DNA from: a candidate division WOR-3 bacterium
Lineage (GTDB): Bacteria; Hydrothermota; Tepidihabitantia; B3-TA06
Reading direction: 5' to 3'
NCBI GenBank assembly: GCA_965649265.1
Contig: CBFGKC010000001.1
Coordinates: forward strand, 77,119 to 141,118
Length of the DNA: 64,000 bases
Position 1 is the stretch's first letter. Each line of letters begins with the position of its first letter. The position numbers and the translations under genes are program-made. Positions 8,300 through 18,140 of this stretch are shown in pieces. Below the pieces are notes generated by a model. It made no database searches. It was not told where the DNA came from and was given only the letters and a program-made list of their open reading frames with translations.

Positions 8300-9793
8300 T
8301 TACTCCTGACGCATCGTTACAAAGAAACGCTGGCCCGAGCGGTAAACCTGGACAAGCATCACTTCTTTCCCCGATTTCTTGATCTCCGCCGCGGCCTTCG
8401 CGAAGGATTCGGAATCCGAGACCGCGCGGTTGTCGATCTTCAGAACCACATCGCCGGCCTGGATACCTGCATGAGACGCAACTGACCCCGACTTTACGTC
8501 CGTGACCAGCACGCCAGAAGCTATACCCAGGTTTTCCATATCGGATGAGGAGAGAGTGCGGATTGACATTCCAAATGGAGTTTCTTCCTGCTCGTTCAGA
8601 CCGTTTTTCTGTGCAAGCTCGCCTTCTGGATACACAACAAGCTTTGCTTTGATGCTCATGGTTTTACCGTCGCGCCAGACTTTGAGATCAACCGTGGAAC
8701 CGGGCGAGATCGCGGCCACTCGTTCGCGGAAATCTTCTACCCCTCTGATATCATTTCCATTCAGGGCAAGTATTACATCCTGCTCTTGCAGTCCCGCCAT
8801 TTTGGCTGGCGTATCGGGAGAAACACTGCTCACAATGACCCCGGTTTTATCTTTTAAATTGAAACCAATAGCCTTCCGCATATCGCCGGTTAACTCCTGC
8901 GGCGCTATACCGAGGTAGCCTCGTTCTATCTTGCCTTTCTCGATGAGCTGGGTGGCGATGTTGCGGGCCATGTTCACGGGCACCGCGAAGCCGACGCCCA
9001 CGTTTCCGCCGTAAGGCGACGTTAAGGCAGAGTTTATGCCTATCACCTGTCCTTTAATGTTGCATAAGGGGCCGCCCGAGTTACCTGGATTGATGGCCGC
9101 GTCCGTCTGGATGAAATCCTGGTAGCGCTGCTGGGAGGGGAGGGGGAGGTTGGAGCGGCCTTTTGCCGAGATGACGCCGACGGTAAGAGTACCCTCTAAG
9201 CCGTAAGGGTTGCCGATAGCTATGGCCCAGTCGCCGACGCGGATCGAATCGGAGTTCCCGAGCGGGGCAACCGGCAGCTCATCGGTTGATTGAATCTTTA
9301 TGACCGCGATATCGGTCTGGGGGTCGCGGCCTATGAGTTTGACCTGTTTGCCAGTGAAGTTGCGGCCGTCGTGCAATGTAACTGTTATTTCGTCCGCGCC
9401 CTCGACAACGTGATTGTTTGTGATGATGTAGCCGTCCGGCCTGAAGATTACACCCGAGCCAAGACTCTGGCTCGTCTGCTCTCTCGGTGCTTCAGGGATC
9501 TCGTCGCCGAAGAAGCGGCGCAGTAAAGGATCGTCGAAGGGAAAAATCCCCTGAACCTTAACCTTGCGAGTGGTTCCGATGTTCACGACCGCTGGTATCA
9601 CGTCGTCGGCAACCTTTACGAATGGACTGTCTCCAGCCGCAATGCCTGAAAGGCTATGCGTGGTGGGTTGTTCCTGGGCCTGGGCGCGGGGGAATAGCCC
9701 TAAAACGCCTGCCAGAACAAGCCCAATGCTGAAGGCCGCAACCGCGGCCGACCCTACCATTATCCCGACCCATTTTGGTGAAAGTTCTTTCAT
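8300..9793 (-). CDS. degP: DegP/DegQ (HtrA, Do-family) serine endoprotease with two PDZ domains
   Basis: N-terminal TM/signal; TNNHVV, TDIAV, INPGNSGGPL triad; two PDZ domains; ATG 9793 has GGAGGT RBS. Confidence 0.92.
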   Translation of the reverse strand: MKELSPKWVGIMVGSAAVAAFSIGLVLAGVLGLFPRAQAQEQPTTHSLSGIAAGDSPFVKVADDVIPAVVNIGTTRKVKVQGIFPFDDPLLRRFFGDEIPEAPREQTSQSLGSGVIFRPDGYIITNNHVVEGADEITVTLHDGRNFTGKQVKLIGRDPQTDIAVIKIQSTDELPVAPLGNSDSIRVGDWAIAIGNPYGLEGTLTVGVISAKGRSNLPLPSQQRYQDFIQTDAAINPGNSGGPLCNIKGQVIGINSALTSPYGGNVGVGFAVPVNMARNIATQLIEKGKIERGYLGIAPQELTGDMRKAIGFNLKDKTGVIVSSVSPDTPAKMAGLQEQDVILALNGNDIRGVEDFRERVAAISPGSTVDLKVWRDGKTMSIKAKLVVYPEGELAQKNGLNEQEETPFGMSIRTLSSSDMENLGIASGVLVTDVKSGSVASHAGIQAGDVVLKIDNRAVSDSESFAKAAAEIKKSGKEVMLVQVYRSGQRFFVTMRQE

Positions 9794-10119
9794 TATAGTT
9801 ATACCTCCATCTTGAGGATCTCTTGATCCTCGGAAATCATCCAACGCCGGGGATTCACCGGGGAGCGGTCTCTCGAGAGCATGCCTCCCGGTGGAAGGTT
9901 TTTTCCAAGACATGATTCCCCGCGTTTATAATCTCTTTTCACGAGTACATGGTGTCGTGCACCAGGCACAAGTGATTAAGACGTACAAGCCTGCCTTCTG
10001 GTTGCCTCCTTAATGAAAACGGACGGCAACAGCGGTTTGCATCCCCTGTGAACGCCCCACCCTCTCCTCCTACAAACACTGGGTTTCTCTGCACCCGGTA
10101 TATTATCTATCTCCCCGGC

Positions 10120-10743
10120 TTACTCCTCGGCCAGGAGTTTTGTAATCTCCTGTTCGAGGTCCTTCTGCATTCCTTCTGCGAACCCCACGTGATCGGCCGC
10201 AATCCTTCCCTTCTTATCCAGTATTAGCGTTCTCGGAATGCCTCTTACCTCGTAAAGCCTGCCCGCCTCGCTTTTCTCGTCCACGAGAACGGTGTAGTTT
10301 ATACCGAGTTCGGCTTTTATTTTAGCTAAATTCGCCTTTTTATCAAGCCCCACACCGATTATCACTAACCCCTTGTTCTTATAAGCCTCATAAATCTTAA
10401 CGAGATGGGGTATCTCGGCCTTGCAAGGGGGACACCACGAGGCCCAGAAGTCAATGAGCACGACTTTCCCTTTATAAGACGAAAGTACGTGACTTGTGCC
10501 GTCAAGATCGAGAAGGGTGAAGTTTGATGACATCTTTCTGTCCTTGCCCGGGTCCTCGGTCTGCACGGGATTAACGACGTCTTTAGTATCCGTGATCATT
10601 TTCGTCGTATCGCTGCCGGCGGTCTCCGCGCGGCTCGCGTCCTGCGGTTGGCTCGAGATAACCTCGTCCTTGGGTTTCTGATTGCACCCCGAAAGAAGGA
10701 CAAAAATTACTGCAAAAATCGCAGCGGGAATTCCTTTTTTCAT
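10120..10743 (-). CDS. TlpA/ResA-family thiol-disulfide oxidoreductase lipoprotein
   Basis: Lipobox LLSGC; VVLIDFWASWCPPCKAEIP; GIPRT cis-Pro loop. Confidence 0.88.
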   Translation of the reverse strand: MKKGIPAAIFAVIFVLLSGCNQKPKDEVISSQPQDASRAETAGSDTTKMITDTKDVVNPVQTEDPGKDRKMSSNFTLLDLDGTSHVLSSYKGKVVLIDFWASWCPPCKAEIPHLVKIYEAYKNKGLVIIGVGLDKKANLAKIKAELGINYTVLVDEKSEAGRLYEVRGIPRTLILDKKGRIAADHVGFAEGMQKDLEQEITKLLAEE

Positions 10744-10758
10744 TATACTTATGTCTCC

Positions 10759-11742
10759 TTAAATATTTGACTTTTCGAGAGCAGCCGACGAAAGGTAATG
10801 CTCAACCTCAATGGCTGCCGAAGCACCCTGCCCCACAGCGACGGCAATCTGGCGGACGGAGTCCGAACGCACGTCTCCTGCGGCCCATACGCCTGCAAGA
10901 TTGGTCATCAACCGCTCATCTGTTCTGACGAACCCCCACTGGTCAAGTTCGACTAATCCCTTGAAAGGCTCGGTTTGGGGAATAAGGCCTACCCAGATGA
11001 ATACCCCCGAGCAGGATATTACACGCTCCTCGGACGTAGCTCGGGAACGGACTCGAACACCTGTGACCACGTCTCCGCCTTCAATAGCGACGACCTCGTG
11101 GTTGGTCACGAAGGAGCCGCGGCCCCAGGCAAGGAAGCGGTCCACCAGGATGCGCTCCGCCTGGATGGTGGGCAGGTATTCGACTATGGTGATTTTTGAA
11201 GCATACTTGGCAAGGAACAAGGACTCCTGAACACCCGAGTTCCCGGCACCGACTACAACCAGTTCCTTGTCCTTAAAGAACGGCCCGTCGCATGTAGCGC
11301 AGTAGCTGACCCCGCGGCCGCGAAATTCACTCTCGCCCGGAACACCTATCTTCTTGTGGGTAGTACCCGTTGCGATGATAACGGCGCGGCTGCGGACTTC
11401 CTTGCCGGCGACTCGGAGAACCTTGGGAGAGGATTCGAGATCAACTATCTCGGGCTCGGCGATTAAGACCTCTGCGCCGAAGCGTTTCGCCTGGCTCTCC
11501 ATCGCCCTGCCGAGTTCCGAACCGGAAACCCCTTCGGGAAAGCCTGGATAGTTCTCGATCCATTCGGTCGTCGTCACGAGTCCTCCGGTGACCCCTTTTT
11601 CCGCGACGAGGGTCGTGAGATTGGCGCGTGCGGCGTAGATGGCTGCAGTAAGCCCGGTGGGACCTCCACCTATGATGACTACATCGTATAACTCCTTGAG
11701 GAGTGAAGACTCGGGTGCCTTTACCTGGAACGAGAACTCCAT
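10759..11742 (-). CDS. trxB: Thioredoxin-disulfide reductase
   Basis: DVVIIGGGPTG, GVSYCATCDG, VVGAGNSG, VWAAGDV. Confidence 0.92.
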   Translation of the reverse strand: MEFSFQVKAPESSLLKELYDVVIIGGGPTGLTAAIYAARANLTTLVAEKGVTGGLVTTTEWIENYPGFPEGVSGSELGRAMESQAKRFGAEVLIAEPEIVDLESSPKVLRVAGKEVRSRAVIIATGTTHKKIGVPGESEFRGRGVSYCATCDGPFFKDKELVVVGAGNSGVQESLFLAKYASKITIVEYLPTIQAERILVDRFLAWGRGSFVTNHEVVAIEGGDVVTGVRVRSRATSEERVISCSGVFIWVGLIPQTEPFKGLVELDQWGFVRTDERLMTNLAGVWAAGDVRSDSVRQIAVAVGQGASAAIEVEHYLSSAALEKSNI

Positions 11743-11755
11743 GAGTGGGCCTTTC

Positions 11756-12421
11756 TCAGGATTTAGGTTCGGTCACCGCGGCCAGAACCTGCTCCACCAC
11801 CGCCTGATCGGGCAGTGCGCCCTCGAACTGCAATTTTTCGTTGATTATCGTTTTTGGAACCCCGTACACGGCGTAGCGGTTCGCAAGATGAGGGAACTCA
11901 ACCGACTCAATCATATGCGCCTTAATGTAAGCGGGGTTTGCCATAGCAATCTTGTGAGCGGCGCGAACGGCCTGAGGACAATAGGGGCAAGTGGGAGTTA
12001 CGAACACCTTTATGTCCACGGGTGTCGTTATGGCTGCAAGTTTGGCATTCAGCGCTTCATCGAGGTCGGATTTGCCTGTGGAGACATCAATGATGTCGGC
12101 AAGAAGAGAGGAGAATTCGTAACCCGAAGGAACCCCGAAGAATCGGATTCCGTAGTCTTTATCGCCCTCACCGAGAAGGATGATGGCCGGAACCTTGTCT
12201 ACGTTGTATTCCTTTGCGTCTTCGCTCTCGATCATAAGATTTCGAATATCAAGCGTGAGCTTAGTCGAAAGGGAGGCGAGTTCGGTCAATATCTCCTCCG
12301 TTGGTTTGCAGTACTCGCACTCAAGATTCTGGGAAAAGAGAAGTATTTTTACAGGACCCTTCAACTTTTCATTAAACTGATCGGAGATGTATTTCTTGTC
12401 TTCATCTTTTAAAATAGGCAT
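11756..12421 (-). CDS. Protein disulfide oxidoreductase (PDO / AhpF N-terminal-like, two thioredoxin folds)
   Basis: Two CxxC motifs (CEYC, CPYC); FFGVPSGYEFSSL; VYGVPKTII. Confidence 0.88.
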   Translation of the reverse strand: MPILKDEDKKYISDQFNEKLKGPVKILLFSQNLECEYCKPTEEILTELASLSTKLTLDIRNLMIESEDAKEYNVDKVPAIILLGEGDKDYGIRFFGVPSGYEFSSLLADIIDVSTGKSDLDEALNAKLAAITTPVDIKVFVTPTCPYCPQAVRAAHKIAMANPAYIKAHMIESVEFPHLANRYAVYGVPKTIINEKLQFEGALPDQAVVEQVLAAVTEPKS

Positions 12422-12494
12422 TTGTGATCCTCCATAGCATATTTGATTTTGATCGCACGCCAGATAACTTATGACGACAATCCTTGAAATCTTA

Positions 12495-12578
12495 TGCCGA
12501 AGGAGGGAGTCGAACCCTCACGGAGCAAGCTCCAACGGATTTTGAGTCCGCCGCGTATGCCAATTCCACCACTTCGGC
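12495..12578 (-). tRNA. tRNA-Leu (anticodon CAA), CCA end not encoded
   Basis: GCCGAAG acceptor, GGAATTGGCATAC D-arm, GCGGA-CTCAAAA-TCCGT anticodon arm, long variable arm, GGTTCGACTCC T-arm. Confidence 0.95.
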
Positions 12579-12695
12579 ATGCTTTAGAGTAACCTATTTT
12601 AAAACAAATAGTGGTCGTGTCAAGGTTTTCAGCAATCATCCCTCCCCAGTAAGGTCGAATTGTGCCCGATTAGAGACTGGAGAAGCTCGATTCAC

Positions 12696-13796
12696 TCAAT
12701 CGAGCAGTATGGGCATGAGCAGGTAGAAGCGGTTCTGTTCTTCTCTCGTACCTTTGCCGTGGATGAGTACTGCGGAGAGCGCCCCTGTTATATCGAAGAC
12801 GACCTCATCCGTCTCTATGTGGCGAAGGATATCGAGGAGGTAGGAACCGTTGTATGCTACCTCAAATGTCTCGCCCTTGTATCCGGCGGGCAGCTCCTCG
12901 TGAGCCTCCTCACCCTCCGGCGAAAATGAGGATAGCTCGAGATTCTTCTTTCCAAGCACGAACTTTATCTGCCTCGTTACCTGGTTCGTGAATATCATCA
13001 TCCTCCGGAGTGCGGCGTTCAGTTCATCCCGGTTAACGGTAAGCACGTTCTTTATCTCCTTCGGGATGACCTTCTCGTAATCGGGATAAGGACCCTCGAT
13101 AAGTCTCGAGACCACCTCGGTCGCACCGAAGGAAAGGCCGATCTTCGTCGAGTCTATAGACACGTCCACAGGGCCGTCAAGCTCCTTGGGAAAGAAGTTG
13201 AATATCTTGGTCGGCAATATCTGTGATCTATCTTCAATCTTCGGATAGTTCTCACGGTCTTCACTGACAGCCATGCGATGACCGTCGGTCGCAACCATGC
13301 GGTTCTTTTTTTCCTTAAGCTCCCAGAAGATACCGGTCATGGCAGGCCTGTCCTCGCCTTTCGAGACCGCAAACTCAACTGCTTCAAAGATGTGTCTCAG
13401 CTCTTCACCTTCAACAGAGAATTTCGTTTCCTTGGGAAGCTCAAACATCCTTGGAAACTCTTCGGCGTCGAGAATCGGCATCTTGAATACGCTTCTTCCT
13501 GCCTTGACTATGACGCGATTCTCTTCGCGCGTGAATTCGATGTCGTCGGCATTGCTTTCCCTGACAATGCTTAGAATCTTGCGGCCGGGAAGAAGGACCT
13601 TTGCTTCTTCCTTTGCTTTTATACCGGTCCAGGTCTTGACGTATATATCAAGATCGGTCGCGAGAAAGCTTAATCTATCTGCTTCGGTTGAACAGAGTAT
13701 GTTTTGAATTATCGGATAAGGCGTGCGAGAAGGAATGACTCCAACAACTCTGTTAATTAAATCTTCCAAGAGATTTTTCTCAAGTTTAAACCACAT
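12696..13796 (-). CDS. dnaN: DNA polymerase III beta subunit (sliding clamp)
   Basis: ATDLD, VATDGHRMA, SRLIEGPYPDY, YLLMPI; follows dnaA. Confidence 0.95.
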   Translation of the reverse strand: MWFKLEKNLLEDLINRVVGVIPSRTPYPIIQNILCSTEADRLSFLATDLDIYVKTWTGIKAKEEAKVLLPGRKILSIVRESNADDIEFTREENRVIVKAGRSVFKMPILDAEEFPRMFELPKETKFSVEGEELRHIFEAVEFAVSKGEDRPAMTGIFWELKEKKNRMVATDGHRMAVSEDRENYPKIEDRSQILPTKIFNFFPKELDGPVDVSIDSTKIGLSFGATEVVSRLIEGPYPDYEKVIPKEIKNVLTVNRDELNAALRRMMIFTNQVTRQIKFVLGKKNLELSSFSPEGEEAHEELPAGYKGETFEVAYNGSYLLDILRHIETDEVVFDITGALSAVLIHGKGTREEQNRFYLLMPILLD

Positions 13797-14026
13797 CTAT
13801 CCTCCTCTGTTTCAACAACAGTATAAATTTAATCTTACTCATGTTGTTGTTGTTGTCAATGTTGAAAAGGTGGATTTCACTGTAATTTATTTTTTTGCTC
13901 AACTTAGAAACCTTTGCCGTTGTTGAAAAATTTGTATATTTGTGGGGAGAGTTGTTGAAAATAATCCAGCTGAAGCTTTATTCCACATGCTCGTTCACAG
14001 GTTCTTAACAACTCTTTCCACATTGG
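13797..14026. other. Probable oriC unwinding region between dnaA and dnaN
   Basis: Near-consensus DnaA boxes (TGTTGAAAA at 13860, 13921, 13953; CTTTCCACA 14014-14022), AT-rich tracts and a GTT/CAA trinucleotide run (13843-13856) resembling DnaA-trios. Confidence 0.75.
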
Positions 14027-15349
14027 TTAACCCCTGTTTATCCTCTGTTCTATGCCTGTAAGCTGTTCCTTGAAATCGGCATCCTCCTCGGTAAGGCGCT
14101 TGACCTTTTCGATGGCGTGTATGACCGTCGTGTGATCCTTACCACCGAAGAAGCGTCCTATCTCTTTCAAGGGCAAACCGAGGAGCTTTCTCATCAGGAA
14201 CATCGCCGACTGTCTGGCAAGCGCAAGATTAGCGGCCCTCGAGCGCGAGAGCATCTCCTCAGTGCTTATGTTGAAGGTTCGGGCGACGTGTTTGGCGATT
14301 CTGTTTGGGGTGGTCTTCGGGCGGTTCCTTAAAAGTTCGTGAAGAACCTCCTCGGCAAGGGCGGTCGTCATGGAGCGACCGGTAAGGGAGGAGAGTGCCA
14401 GAAGACGTATGAGAGTGCCTTCGAGTTCCCTTACATTGGAGCGAACCCTTGAGGCTATGTAGTATGCAACATCCTGCGGAAGTCCCTGGCCCTCAGATTC
14501 GGCTTTAGAGCGAAGAATCGCAATGCGGGTCTCGAGGTCAGGAGGCTGGATGTCCACGACCAGCCCGCCTGAAAAACGGGAAGCAAGCCGCTCTTCCAGG
14601 GTGGGGATCTCCCTCGGCGGCCTGTCGGAGGTCAACACCACCTGCTTGCCGCCTTCGTAGAGATGATTAAACAGGTGGAAAATCTCTTCCTGGAGTGATT
14701 CCTTGCCGCGCAGGAAGTGTATGTCGTCGATGAGGAGAATATCCTTCGAACGGTAGCGATTCTTGAACTCCATGCGAGTATTCTTCTCGACGGCGTCAAT
14801 AAGTTCTATGAAAAGTGTTTCCGCCGGTATATAAGTAACCGATAGTTTTGGCTTTGTTCGAGCCAGGTAATTACCTATGGCCTGCAAGAGATGAGTTTTG
14901 CCGAGACCGACACCACCGTAAATGAACAGTGGATTGTAGACCTCGGACGGCGCTTCCGCCACTGCCAGTGCTGCTGCATGCGCAAAGCGGTTGTGCTCGC
15001 CGACGACGAAGTTGGTAAAGGCGTACCGCTCTTGCAGGTGCGAACCGTCCTGTGCGTAAACGATCCGACGACGCACAAATTTCGGCCTTGCCGCGCCGGG
15101 ATCAACCTTACGCGCCTGAAAGGCTACACGCAGTCCGCCCGAATTTACCTCGGTTAATGCTTCGGCAAGCGCCTTGCCGTAATATTCCTCGATCCATTCG
15201 ACGAAGAACGGATTAGGGACCTCAACGAGGATCGTATTATCGCGCACCTGGAGGAAACGCGTAGGTCTGAACCATGTGTTGAAACCTTCTTCAGTTATGC
15301 GGGGCTTGAGCCTTTCGAGTACCGCATCCCAAAGAGCAAGATCACTCAA
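14027..15349 (-). CDS. dnaA: Chromosomal replication initiator DnaA
   Basis: FNTWF, YNPLFIYGGVGLGKTHLL, LLIDDI, FGGKDHTTVIHA; likely TTG start at 15349 after GAGGAGG. Confidence 0.96.
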   Translation of the reverse strand: MSDLALWDAVLERLKPRITEEGFNTWFRPTRFLQVRDNTILVEVPNPFFVEWIEEYYGKALAEALTEVNSGGLRVAFQARKVDPGAARPKFVRRRIVYAQDGSHLQERYAFTNFVVGEHNRFAHAAALAVAEAPSEVYNPLFIYGGVGLGKTHLLQAIGNYLARTKPKLSVTYIPAETLFIELIDAVEKNTRMEFKNRYRSKDILLIDDIHFLRGKESLQEEIFHLFNHLYEGGKQVVLTSDRPPREIPTLEERLASRFSGGLVVDIQPPDLETRIAILRSKAESEGQGLPQDVAYYIASRVRSNVRELEGTLIRLLALSSLTGRSMTTALAEEVLHELLRNRPKTTPNRIAKHVARTFNISTEEMLSRSRAANLALARQSAMFLMRKLLGLPLKEIGRFFGGKDHTTVIHAIEKVKRLTEEDADFKEQLTGIEQRINRG

Positions 15350-15360
15350 GGCTCCTCCTC

Positions 15361-15381
15361 TTATCCACAAAGTTATCCACA
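15361..15381 (+). promoter_or_regulatory. Two perfect DnaA boxes upstream of dnaA
   Basis: TTATCCACA at 15361-15369 and 15373-15381; dnaA promoter TTGACA-N16-TATATT at 15460-15487 (minus). Confidence 0.9.
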
Positions 15382-15492
15382 CTCATACCAAACATAAATC
15401 ACCATTTGTTTAAGCTTAACCCTGTACTCCCGCTTAACGGGGTAATTGGGGATAGGTGAAATATACTCTTTCCTTGCCGATTGTCAAGTACT

Positions 15493-18093
15493 TTATTTCT
15501 CAACTCGCCCCAGACAGGCAAGTGCCGCAGCTATTTGAAGTTGCCCGGCGGCAAGTCCGCCGTCTGATGCCGGTATCGTCACCGGCGTGCGGAATTCGAA
15601 ACCCGCATTTCGTGACCCCTCCCTCAGGGACCAGAGCAGAAGCCGGTTTGCGAACACTCCTCCCGAGGCCGCAATCGTATTGCACCCTGTGACATCTCTG
15701 GCCGCGGCGGCCCAGCGTAAAAGCACATTTGCGAAACCCCCGTGAAACATGGCTGCAATCTCGGACTTGTTGACCCCTTTATCGAGATCGGCAATGATTG
15801 CCTCGAGGCAAGGTTTCGGATCAAGCACAAGGTCATCCGATAAATCAAAATCATAACCCTTTGACCGTTTAGCGGCGCTATCGGCAAGTGCCTCGAGAGC
15901 AATCGCCCCCTCCGCCTCGTATGTAATCTCGTCCACTATCCCTAAAAGCCCCGCAACCGTGTCGAAGAGTCTCCCGGCGCTCGACGCGCGAACAACGCCG
16001 AGTTCTGCATCAAGCTGGGCGCTTACTCGCTCACCCGTCTGGCCAAAAAGCTCGATCGCCTTCTCCCGGCCGAAGAAATCGGCTACAACACCCGCAGCCA
16101 TCCTCCGGGGCTTCCTGATCACACCCTCGCCACCCACAAGCGCAAGCGAGCGCATGCGGCCGAGTCTTGAGTAGTATGCACCCGAGTCGGTGACGTGGAG
16201 CAATTCACACCCCCAGATAGATGCCCCGACCTTTTGCTCCGCATTCTCCCGGGTGACCCTGTACTCTTCCTTGCCCTTAGTAGGGGTCCCCATAGAAACG
16301 CTTTGCGTTTTTATGGGGTAAATCCCATACCCGGTGCCGTCCAGTGAAAGCCCTATCACGGGTTCCTTTATCCCGTGTTCGAATATTACGGCCGCGATGT
16401 GCGCGTGGTGGTGCTGCACCGAAAGCAGGGGGATCCCCCTGGCCCTTGAATATCGTTCTGCCCAGCGCGAGGAGAGATAGTCGGGATGCATGTCCCTCAC
16501 GACGATCCTGGGCTCGACCCTGAACCATGCGAGATAGCGTTCGAGCGTTTGCTCGAAGAACTCGATCGTCTCGCGATTGGTGAGCTCCCCAATGTGCGGC
16601 GAGAGCCAGAGGTGCGATCCGTCCGAGATCGCGAAAGACCCCTTCATCTCCGCGCCGACCGCAAGCGCTCGTGGAAAGTCGAAACCCGTCTCGAAAGGTT
16701 CGGGCGCGTAGCCGCGCGCCCTGCGCACGAGATAAAACCTGTTACCCCGGGAAAACACTCCCTTACCCCGAGAGAGTACTTCGTATTCTCTCGGGGACCC
16801 CGGACCGCTCTCCTGCCGCGCCTTCGATACCGGTGTAACCTCCCTGTCGGTTCCATCCTCTGCTGAACTCTCCTTAAGAAAAAATACAATGGAATCGTCG
16901 ATGCGGTTCAGAATCCTGCGATTGTGAGCGAGCGCGAAGTCGAACACGCCGCCGAGTTTTTTGTAGAGCTCAACCTCATCGGCAATCAAGGGCTCGTCAC
17001 CGCGGTTGGCCGAGGTTGCAACTAAAACCCCAAGAAAATGATCCACATCTTCTCTGGGACCCCAATCACTTACCCCAAGGTAATTCTTCGTTTTCTCTTG
17101 GGGGCCCCGTTCGCTTGAGAGTTTCTCAATCGCCGCGAACAGGATGTGGTGAAGCGGGGTGTAGGCGAGCATGATTCCGACCCCCGGGTTGCGGGGCGCA
17201 ATCGCCTGCCTCAACTCTTCCGGGACCTCGTCCCTCCATCTCATTAAAACAATCGGTGCGGCCTGGCGGCTGAGCATCTCCTCCTCCTCGGGTTCCATCC
17301 TCGCTAACACCCTCGCACTCTCAATATCCCTTGCCATGAGAGCGAGCGCCTTTGTGGGCCGAGTCTTTCTACGCCTGAGTTCCTCGATTGCGGCGATATT
17401 TGAAGCGTCACACATCAGGTGGTAGCCGCCGAGTCCCTTCACGGCAAGTATCCTTCCGTCCAAGAGCCGACCCGCCGCCTCGCCGACCACGTCGCTTGTC
17501 GGCACCACCCTTCCTCTTGAATCGAGCAAAACAAGCTCGGGTCCGCAGCGCGGGCAGGCGTTCGGCTGGGCGTGAAATCGCCTGTTCCGGGGATCCCCAT
17601 ACTCCCTTAGGCAATCGGCACACATGTGGAACTCCCCCATCGTCGTCAGGGGCCTGTCGTAGGGAAGCTTGTCAATAATAGTGTATCTGGGGCCGCAGTC
17701 GGTGCAGTTCGTGAAAGCGTATCCCGCACGCCTGTCGCCTGCCTCCCCGATCTCCCTGGCACATTTCGCGCACGTCGCAATGTCCGCCGCTACCTCCAGC
17801 GCCTGAGATGCCTGGCCCTCCAGGCTCGTCCTTATTGTGAAATCCTTGAACCCCTGCTCCGCTATCTCCGCGACATCAATCCCTCTTATGCGCGCGGCTG
17901 GAGGGGGATTGGTCCTCAGTGCCTCGAGAAAACGTTCAATCCGCTCCCCCGGACCCTCGAGCACTATCTCCACGCCCCCGAGGTCGTTCAATACAAAACC
18001 GGCGAGGCCGCACTTCGCGGCCTCGCTGTAACAGAATGGTCTGAAGCCGACCCCCTGAACCGCTCCCGTTACTCTAACGCGGACGGCAGACAT
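15493..18093 (-). CDS. hypF: Carbamoyltransferase HypF with three in-frame palindromic-element insertions
   Basis: GAVQGVGFRPF acylphosphatase domain, two Zn-fingers (CAKC/CTDC, CADC/CPRC), KGLGGYHL, RRARGYAP, QHHHAH, DGGLAAGQ. Confidence 0.93.
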   Translation of the reverse strand: MSAVRVRVTGAVQGVGFRPFCYSEAAKCGLAGFVLNDLGGVEIVLEGPGERIERFLEALRTNPPPAARIRGIDVAEIAEQGFKDFTIRTSLEGQASQALEVAADIATCAKCAREIGEAGDRRAGYAFTNCTDCGPRYTIIDKLPYDRPLTTMGEFHMCADCLREYGDPRNRRFHAQPNACPRCGPELVLLDSRGRVVPTSDVVGEAAGRLLDGRILAVKGLGGYHLMCDASNIAAIEELRRRKTRPTKALALMARDIESARVLARMEPEEEEMLSRQAAPIVLMRWRDEVPEELRQAIAPRNPGVGIMLAYTPLHHILFAAIEKLSSERGPQEKTKNYLGVSDWGPREDVDHFLGVLVATSANRGDEPLIADEVELYKKLGGVFDFALAHNRRILNRIDDSIVFFLKESSAEDGTDREVTPVSKARQESGPGSPREYEVLSRGKGVFSRGNRFYLVRRARGYAPEPFETGFDFPRALAVGAEMKGSFAISDGSHLWLSPHIGELTNRETIEFFEQTLERYLAWFRVEPRIVVRDMHPDYLSSRWAERYSRARGIPLLSVQHHHAHIAAVIFEHGIKEPVIGLSLDGTGYGIYPIKTQSVSMGTPTKGKEEYRVTRENAEQKVGASIWGCELLHVTDSGAYYSRLGRMRSLALVGGEGVIRKPRRMAAGVVADFFGREKAIELFGQTGERVSAQLDAELGVVRASSAGRLFDTVAGLLGIVDEITYEAEGAIALEALADSAAKRSKGYDFDLSDDLVLDPKPCLEAIIADLDKGVNKSEIAAMFHGGFANVLLRWAAAARDVTGCNTIAASGGVFANRLLLWSLREGSRNAGFEFRTPVTIPASDGGLAAGQLQIAAALACLGRVEK

Positions 18094-18140
18094 CAGCCGG
18101 CGCCCTCGTCAAAGGGAGAGGGGGGCAGGCAGCAAAAAAA

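Noticed and set aside
9850-9897. glmS ribozyme (ATGCCTCCCGG resemblance)
   Set aside because: AGCGCC and TGACGAGG core elements are absent and no glmS gene follows
12495-12578. Integrated element at tRNA-Leu
   Set aside because: No integrase and no duplicated tRNA 3' end seen in the window
15350-15382. Longer dnaA N-terminus (MWITLWI..)
   Set aside because: It is translation of the two DnaA boxes; the RBS points to TTG 15349
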